Shown here one piece after another: positions 20,300-27,749 of a DNA stretch of 27,749 bases; the stretch's first letter is position 1; every line of letters begins with the position of its first letter. A program made the translations under genes and the position numbers. The stretch comes from Macrostomum lignano (Eukaryota): contig NIVC01000101.1 of the NCBI GenBank assembly GCA_002269645.1, forward strand, positions 1 to 27,749, written 5' to 3'. The notes beneath the pieces are model-generated. The model was not told where the DNA came from, did not search any database, and worked only from the letters and a program-made list of their open reading frames with translations.

Positions 20300-23200
20300 A
20301 TGGTAATCCAGTCTGTAGTCCGACGCCAGCAGGCAGCTGTAGATTTCTCTGGTTACTATGACAACCTCTGCGCTCTGCAGAGCAGCGCCCCGCTACCCTC
20401 GTGAAAGCTCACCTAGCCGAAGGCGTCATCGACATCAACGCCGACAGAATTCGCCACGCCGATTGGGCGCCAGTTCTGTCGGCTCTGCGACTCAATCGCA
20501 GCCTTGAATTCGTTGCTTTTCGTAGTCAATATCACCATCAGCAGCAGCAGCAGCAGCAGAGAGCATCGCGAAAGCAACCGGCAGTCTGCAGCAAGGAGAT
20601 CAGCTACCGACTCTGCTTAAGCCTGCGCGACTGCCTGTCGGGCACGCAGGCTCTCGGCTGTCTGGAACTCGAAGGCATCCGACTTCGAGAACGCGACGCG
20701 GCAGCTCTGGGTCGCGGCATTGCCGCAAATTCCACGCTAAAAAGTCTGTCCTTGGAGTCAGCTAAGATCGGCGATGTTGGTGTTGAACACCTGTGCAGGG
20801 CGTTGCGTCACGCGGGCAATGTGGCTTTCTTGAATCTGTCCGGCAATGGTCTTACCTGGCGCGCTGTGGACGAACTGGGCAGACTTATTGGCTTTCAGGT
20901 AGTTTTTTGTAGTTTTTGTCGTGTTTATCATAATGAATTGCTGACATTTCATTTGAGGAATGGAGCCTAGAGGTTAGAGCGTCGGACTCACGACTGGAAG
21001 GTCGGAGGTTCGATTCTTGAACCACTCGGAAAAATTTGTGTCCTCGAGCAAGACACTTAAATCTTGCGTCGCTTCAGTTCACCCAGCTGTAAAATGGGTG
21101 CCAGCATTAGCTGGGGTAATTGAGGGTGTGTGTGGTGACTCCCCCCCCCGAGTCCTTGGACTGAACAGCCGTACGCAGCCTTCAGATGCGCCGCGCAATG
21201 GCTGCGGCTGAGCTGTCGGTTGCACATCTGCGCATTATAGCTGCCTGTAATAATCATTTTTATGCACATGTACATGTACAGATAACACGCCCACTTCGCG
21301 CTTCTCAACCGCAGGCCACCAGTCGGCACAACGAGGCCTGGCGCGACAGCCTTCGCTACCGACGACCGAATTTCGACAGCATGCACGGCCTGAGACGAAT
21401 CGCGTTGAACAATAATCCGTTAATTGACGACCAGGGCGCTCAGGTGTTGGCCGACGCACTTAAAGACGACCTGTGGGTCAAAGCGATCGACTTGCAGGGC
21501 TGCGGCATTGGAAATGCGGGAGCCAAGAGTCTGCTGGCTGTGCTCAAATTGAATACGACTCTGGTGGTGCTGGACTTGCGACGGAATCACCTTATTGATA
21601 AGGATCTGCTGCACGCTCTCACTGAGCAGGTGAGGGTGAAGCCGAAACACTTGATTTGTTTATTAGCTGCCTGAGTTATCGTTCTCTGTGTTTGTGTTTA
21701 TCAATCGGTTTAGTTTGTGTTTCTCAATCTGTTTGAAGTTTGTGTTTATCAATCTGTTTGAAGTTTGTGTTTATCAATCTGGTTGAAGTTTGTGTTTATC
21801 AATCGGTTTGAAGTTTGTGTTTAGCAATCTGTTTGAAGTTTGTGTTTATCAATCTGGTTGAAGTTTGTGTTTATCAATCTGGTTGAAGTTTGTGTTTATC
21901 AATCGGTTTGAAGTTTGTGTTTAGCAATCTGTTTGAAGTTTGTGTTTATCAATCTGTTTGAAGTTTGTGTTTATCAATTGGTTTGAAGTTTGTGTTTCTC
22001 AATCTGTTTGAAGTTTGTGTTTATCAATTGGTTTGAAGTTTGTGTTTATCAATCTGGTTGAAGTTTGTGTTTATCAATCTGTTTGAAGTTTGTGTTTATC
22101 AATCTGTTTGAAGTTTGTGTTTATCAATCTGTTTGAAGTTTGTGTTTATCAATTGGTTTGAAGTTTGTGTTTCTCAATTGGTTTGAAGTTTGTGTTTATC
22201 AATTGGTTTGAAGTTTGTGTTTCTCAATCTGTTTGAAGTTTGTGTTTATCAATTGTTTGAAGTTTGTGTTTATCAATCTGTTTGAAGTTTGTGTTTATCA
22301 ATTGGTTTGAAGTTTGTGTTTATCAATCTGTTTGAAGTTTGTGTTTATCAATCTGTTTGAAGTTTGTGTTTATCAATCTGTTTGAAGTTTGTGTTTATCA
22401 ATCTGTTTGAAGTTTGTGTTTATCAATCTGTTTGAAGTTTGTGTTTATCAATCTGTTTGAAGTTTGTGTTTATCAATCTGTTTGAAGTTTGTGTTTATCA
22501 ATTTAGTTGAAAGTTTGTGTTTATCAATCGGTTTAGGTTGGTTTATTAAGTGTTCAAGTTTGTGTCTATAAATTGGATAAGGTTTGTGAAATTAAGTATT
22601 TTAATTGACTCTCAAACTTTGTTCCTGTTATCTTTACAACCGTTTGATTATTAGCTCGTAATTAATTACTTTTTTACAACCTCCAATTAGCACCTGTAAT
22701 GACACGTAATTGTTCCCCAACACCTGCCGCGCTCAGGTAATTGTTAACGGCGACGGAAAAGACTCCGAATTCAAATGGCAGAAATTGGAGCCTGTGGAAT
22801 CGTCGGCTCAGAATGGCGCATCGGCGGCGTCCTTTGATCTTCAAGGCAGGCGGCGGCGACATCAAATGCCGCAGACGAGTCGCTCTGTCCGGCCCGGCCG
22901 GCCAGCTTTCCGTCCGGCGGGCGTCAGCAGACTGCGAAGTCGCAGCGCTGAGCCGCGCGGAGGCGAAGGCTACTATGGCGGCTCGGAGGCCTTTTGGCCT
23001 ACCGCTGACGGGCACAGAGGCGGGGGCGCCTCTAGCGGCAGGCGTGTCGGTATTCCGTGGCGCACGGCGCAGCGTGCCTCGCGCTACAAGGGTGAGCTCT
23101 CTTTTACTTCTGGTTCTCGTCTGCTGGTTCTCATTTTTCCTGTTCTTCGCGCGTTAATTAGGAAGCCGGTTCCTACCTCCTGTCGCTTAGATTGGTTCCT

Positions 23201-26200
23201 ACTTCCGGTTGCTTAGTTTAGTTCCTACTTCCGGTTGCTTAGATTGGTTCCTACTTCCGATTGCTTATATTGGTTCCTACTTCCGGTTGCTTTGTTTTGT
23301 TCCTACTTCTGATTGCTTAGTTTATTTCCTACTTCCGGCTGCTTAGTTTAGTTCTACTTCCGGTTTCTTAAATTTGTTCCTACTTCCGGTTGCTTAGTTT
23401 AGTTCTACTTCCGGTTGCTTGAATTTTTTCCTACTTCCGGTTGCTTAGTTTTGTTCCTACTTCCGATTGCTTAGATTGGTTCCTACTTCCGATTGCTAAG
23501 ATTGGTTCCTACTTCCGATTGTTTAGATTGGTTCCTACTTCCGATTGCTTAGATTGGTTCTTAATTCCGGTTGCTTAGATTGGTTCCTACTTCCGGTTGC
23601 TTAGATTGGTTCCTACTTCCGATTGCTTAAATTTGTTCCTACTTCCGGTTGCTTAGATTGGTTCCTACTTCCGGTTGCTTAGATTGGTTCCTACTTTCGG
23701 TTGCTTAAATTTGTTCCTACTTCCGGCTGCTTAGTTTAGTTCTACTTCCGGTTGCTTAAATTTGTTCCTACTTCCGGTTGCTTAGTTTTGTTCCTACTTC
23801 CGGTTGCTTAGTTTTGTTCCTACTTCCGATTGCTTAGATTGGTTCCTACTTCCGATTGCTTAGATTGGTTCCTACTTTCGGTTGCTTAGATACTACTTCC
23901 GATTGCTTAGATTGGTTCCTACTTCCGGTTGCTTAGATTGGTTTCTACTTCCGATTGCTTAGATTGTTTCCTACTTCCGATTGCTTAGTTTATTTCCTAC
24001 TTCCGGTTGCTTATTTTAATTCGATTTCACATGGGTTCACACATTTCAATTGTAGCTACGTGGGCCGTACGATCGACTATGTGCCTCCATACAGTATCAG
24101 TGCCCTAAAAATCTGATAATCATGAGTTCTTCATCATCATCTTTCCCATCCCAGGCTACCCCAGCAACCACACGCCGGGCAAGAGCCACCTGGAGGAGAA
24201 GACCAGCCCCATGGCCACGCCCAGAACTGCAGCCGATTTGGACGAGCCTCTCCGACCTCGCCAGCAGATTGTCGACGAGGACGACAATTTTGTAGACATC
24301 GACGATGAGCAGTCAGGCGACGAGGAGGACGCCACGGTGGTGTCCCCGCTGGTCAAGGAGATGGAGGAGGCGCCGCCGGCGCCTAGCGCCATCAAGGCGC
24401 TGAAAATCGAGCTGGCTAATCAGCGCCGACGGCTCCGTCGCGAGTCGGCCTGTCGACAGCGTGCCGACGAAGAGGCTCGCCGACTTCGGGCGAGAATTCG
24501 GCGTTGAAACGTCAGCTTGAGCAGCGGATCCGGGAGGCTGGCAGGGGCGGCGGAGCCAGCCTCCTGCAGGATGAGGAACTGTTGGAGAGCATTGAGACTT
24601 CTTTTAGGAGGTTTCATAAATTTCTGGATATATTAAGGGATGCGGGTGAGTGCAGGCGGTGGGAATAGATGGATGAGATGTGCTGACGTCATTTGGAGGA
24701 CTGTCATTAAGCGGATGTCAAAGGGATAGGGTTAGATATCAGACAGATAGAGTTAGATATCAGACAGATAGGGTTAGATGTCAGACAGATAGGGCTAGAT
24801 ATCAGACAGATAGAGTTAGATATCAGACAGATAGGGTTAAATATCAGACAGATAGGGCTAGATATCAGACAGATAGGGTTAGATATCAGACAGATATGGT
24901 TAGATATCAGACAGATAGGGTTAGATATCAGACAGATAGGGTTAGATGTCAGACAGATAGGGCTAGATATCAGACAGATAGAGTTAGATATCAGACAGAT
25001 AGGGTTAGATATCAGACAGATAGGGCTAGATATCAGACAGATAGGGTTAGATATCAGACAGATAGGGTTAGATATCAGACAGATAGGGTTAGATATCAGA
25101 CAGATAGGGCTAGATATCAGACAGATAGGGTTAGATATCAGTCAGATAGGGCTAGATATCAGACAGATAGGGTTAGATATCAGACAGAAAGGGTTAGATA
25201 TCAGGGTTAGATATCAGACAGATAGGGTTAGATATCAGGGTTAGATATCAGACAGATAGGGTTAGATATCAGACAGATAGGGTTATATCAGACAAATAGG
25301 GTTAGATATCAGACAGATAGGGTTAGATATCAGACAGAAAGGGTTAGATATCAGACAGATAGGGTTAGATATCAGACAGATAGGGTTAGATATCAGACAG
25401 ATAGGGTTAGATATCAGACAGATAGGGATAGATATCAGGGTTAGATGTCAGACAGATAGGGTTAGATATCAGACAGATAGGGTTAGATATCAGACAGATA
25501 GAGTTAGATATCAGACAGATAGGGATAGATATCAGGGTTAGATGTCAGACAGATAGGGTTAGATATCAGACAGATAGGGTTAGATATCAGACAGATAGAG
25601 TTAGATATCAGACAGATAGGGATAGATATCAGGGTTAGATGTCAGACAGATAGGGTTAGATATCAGACAGATAGGGTTAGATATCAGACAGATAGGGTTA
25701 GATATCAGACAGATAGGGATAGATATCAGGGTTAGATATCAGACAGATAGGGTTAGATATCAGACAGATAGGGTTAGATATCAGACAAATAGGGTTAGAT
25801 ATCAGACAGAAAGGGTTAGATATCAGACAGAAAGGGTTAGATATCAGACAGATAGGGTTAGATATCAGACAGATAGGGTTAGATATCAGACAGATAGAGT
25901 TAGATATCAGACAGATAGGGTTAGATATCAGACAGATAGGGCTAGATATCAGACAGATAGGGTTAGATATCAGACAAATAGGGTTAGATATCAGACAGAA
26001 AGGGTTAGATATCAGACAGAAAGGGTTAGATATCAGACAGATAGGGTTAGATATCAGACAGATAGGGATAGATATCAGGGTTAGATGTCAGACAGATAGG
26101 GTTAGATGTCAGACAGATAGGGTTAGATATCAGACAGATAGGGTTAGATATCAGACAGATAGGGTTAGATATCAGACAGATAGGGTTAGATATCAGACAG

Positions 26201-26661
26201 AATTCCGCCAGCTCAACAAAGCCAATCCTGTCTCCGCAGGCCTAGGCAGAGTGGTCACAGCCGCAGGCATGGACAATTTACCAAGCGGACTCAATTTGGC
26301 TGACAGAGCTGTTTCGACTGGCGCCGGTCCAAGTGCCGCTGCCGTGGAGTCCCTGGACAGAGACAGCAGCAGCAGCAGCAGCAACGCCAGCCTCCTCGTG
26401 GCAGACCAGCGGCCAAGAACCCTTCACCCGCTGCTCGTAGCAAGAAGCCTCAGCAACAGCAGAAGCGACAACAGTCGAGAAATGCTGACAATCTCGTCGA
26501 TACGAATTCCGCAGCTGTTGGTGCCGACTCCTTGCAGTTCGACGACGCTAACGGGGACGAGATGTACAGCAGGGCTACCAGGGTTAAGCGGGATGCCGAT
26601 CAGACATATGACCGGCTGAGGAGGCACCTGCAGCTGGCTAGGGATCAGGAGCTGCTGACTG
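20300..26661 (+). CDS. CEP78: Centrosomal protein 78 (LRR centriolar protein), 3'-partial; exons 20300-20898, 21315-21629, 22737-23091, 24155-24645, 26240-26661; 2-3 single-nt deletions
   Basis: MVIQSVVRRQQAAVDFSGYYDNLCALQSSAPLP(fs)VKAHLAEGVIDINADRIRHADWAPVLSAL..., RHNEAWRDSLRYRRPNFDSMHGLRRIALNNNPLIDD...DDLWVKAIDLQGCG..., GIPWRTAQRA and LLESIETSFRRFHKFLDILRDAG|LGRVVTAAG match conserved CEP78 blocks as I recall them. GT-AG sites have matching phases. Frameshifts at ~20399 and ~24491, and probably one in 26304-26360. Confidence 0.92.
20955..21262 (+). mobile_element. tRNA-derived SINE with MIR-like CORE domain in CEP78 intron 1
   Basis: Box A-like TGGAGCCTAGAGGTTAGAGC (20961-20980), box B GGTTCGATTC (21007-21016), then TGTGTCCTCGAGCAAGACACTTAAATCTTGCGTCGCTTCAGTTCACCCAGCTGTAAAATGGG (~21037-21098), which parallels the CORE consensus, and an AT-rich tail (TAATAATCATTTTT). 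Confidence 0.8.
21690..22530. repeat. 25-bp minisatellite (GTTTGAAGTTTGTGTTTATCAATCT), ~33 copies, CEP78 intron 2
   Basis: Direct 25-bp periodicity (e.g. TATCAATCTG at 22321, 22346, 22371). Confidence 0.96.
23165..24015. repeat. 26-bp minisatellite (TTCCTACTTCCGGTTGCTTAGATTGG), ~33 copies, CEP78 intron 3
   Basis: Direct 26-bp periodicity. Confidence 0.96.
24716..26200. repeat. 21-bp minisatellite (AGGGTTAGATATCAGACAGAT), ~70 copies, CEP78 intron 4
   Basis: Direct periodicity with 13-bp deletion variants. Source of ORF 24680-25210. Confidence 0.97.
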
Positions 26662-26679
26662 GTGAGCTGCTTGGGTTGT

Positions 26680-27749
26680 CTCTGGTTGGGACTGGATGTC
26701 TCTGGATTGGGACTGGGTGTCTGGGTTGGGACTGGGTGTCTCAGGGTTGGGACTGGGTGTCTCTGGGTTGGGACTGGGTGTGTCTCTGGGTTGGGACTGG
26801 ATGTCTCTGGGTTGGGACTGGGTGTCTCAGGGTTGGGACTGGGTGTCTCTGGGTTGGGACTGGGTGTCTCTGGGTTGGGACTGGGTGTGTCTCTGGGTTG
26901 GGACTGGATGTCTCTGGGTTGGGACGGGTGTGGTGTGTCTCTGGTTGGGACTGGGTGTGTCTGGGTTGGGACTGGGTGTGTCTCTGGGTTGGGACTGGGT
27001 GTGTCTCTGGGTTGGGACTGGGTGTCTCTGGGTTGGGACTGGGTGTGTCTCTGGGTTGGGACTGGATGTCTCTGGGTTGGGACTGGGTGTGTCTCTGGGT
27101 TGGGACTGGGTGTGTCTGGGTTGGGACTGGGTGTGTCTCTGGGTTGGGACTGGGTGGTGTCTCTGGGTTGGGACTGGGTGTCTCTGGGTTGGGACTGGGT
27201 GTGTCTCTGGGTTGGGACTGGGTGTCTCTGGGTTGGGACTGGGTGTGTCTCTGGGTTGGGACTGGATGTCTCTGGGTTGGGACTGGATGTCTCTGGGTTG
27301 GGACTGGGTGTGTTCTGGGTTGGGACTGGGTGTGTCTCTGGGTTGGGACTGGGTGTGTCAGGGTTGGGACTGGGGTGTCTCTGGGGTGGGACTGGGTGTG
27401 TCTGGGTTGGGACTGGTGGTGTCTCTGGGGTGGGACTGGGTGTGTCTGGGTTGGGACTGGGTGTGTCTCTGGGGTGAGACTGGGGGCGTCTGGGTTGGGA
27501 CTGGGTGTGTCTCTGGGTGGGACTGAGTGTGTCTGGGTTGGGACTGGGTGTGTCTGGGTTGGGACTGGGTGTGTCTCTGGGGTGGGACTGGGGTGTCTGG
27601 GTTGGGACTGGGTGTGTCTGGGTTGGGACTGGGTGTGTCTCTGGTGGGACTGGGGGTGTCTGGGTTGGGACGGGGTGTCTCTGGGGTGGGACTGGGTGTC
27701 TCTGGGGTGGGACTGGGGTGTCTCTGGGTTGGGACGGGGTGTCTCTGGG
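26680..27749. repeat. 19-23-bp G-rich minisatellite (GGGTTGGGACTGGGTGTCTCT), >45 copies, CEP78 intron 5, runs off the window
   Basis: Direct periodicity. Source of ORFs 26662 and 26696. Confidence 0.96.

Noticed and set aside
20955-21030. Possible tRNA gene
   Set aside because: Boxes A and B are present but the acceptor and anticodon stems do not pair, and it runs into a CORE domain, so it is a SINE head.
22741-23157. Alternative +1 frame in CEP78 exon 3 (HRRRPLIFKAGGG) faintly like the vertebrate linker, suggesting hidden compensating frameshifts
   Set aside because: The main frame is open between two conserved anchors (SEFKW and PWRTA) with correct splice phases, and the similarity is too weak to judge by eye.
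24680-27526. DRVRYQT and GLGLGVS/WDWVSLG repeat ORFs
   Set aside because: Translations of intronic minisatellites lying between GT and AG sites of CEP78.

Overview
Eukaryotic (metazoan) genomic DNA. A free-living flatworm such as Macrostomum is my inference from the GC-rich exons, minisatellite-filled introns and an orphan flatworm-type GPCR. Five host genes can be rebuilt by manual splicing: (1) exons 2-3 of UBE2G1/UBC7 (+; exon 1 not found in the window, so 1-5638 is probably intron 1); (2) a two-exon orphan class A GPCR (+); (3) an intronless 770-aa SLC9A Na+/H+ exchanger (+); (4) six-exon OSTF1 (-); (5) at least five exons of CEP78 (+, head-to-head with OSTF1, running off the right edge). 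OSTF1 and CEP78 together carry six single-base indels (five well supported) while the three left-hand genes carry none; long-read assembly error is the most likely cause and pseudogenisation the alternative. The first 5.6 kb holds decayed transposons (intron-containing hAT transposase, probable Penelope GIY-YIG remnant) and is strongly CpG-depleted and CTAG-enriched. Nearly every long intron is filled by its own 20-32-bp minisatellite, several carrying ETS+CCAAT, telomere-like or G-quadruplex motifs. A tRNA-derived SINE with a MIR-like CORE domain lies in CEP78 intron 1. Most long ORFs in the supplied track are artefacts of these arrays. No rRNA, intact tRNA or CRISPR array was found.
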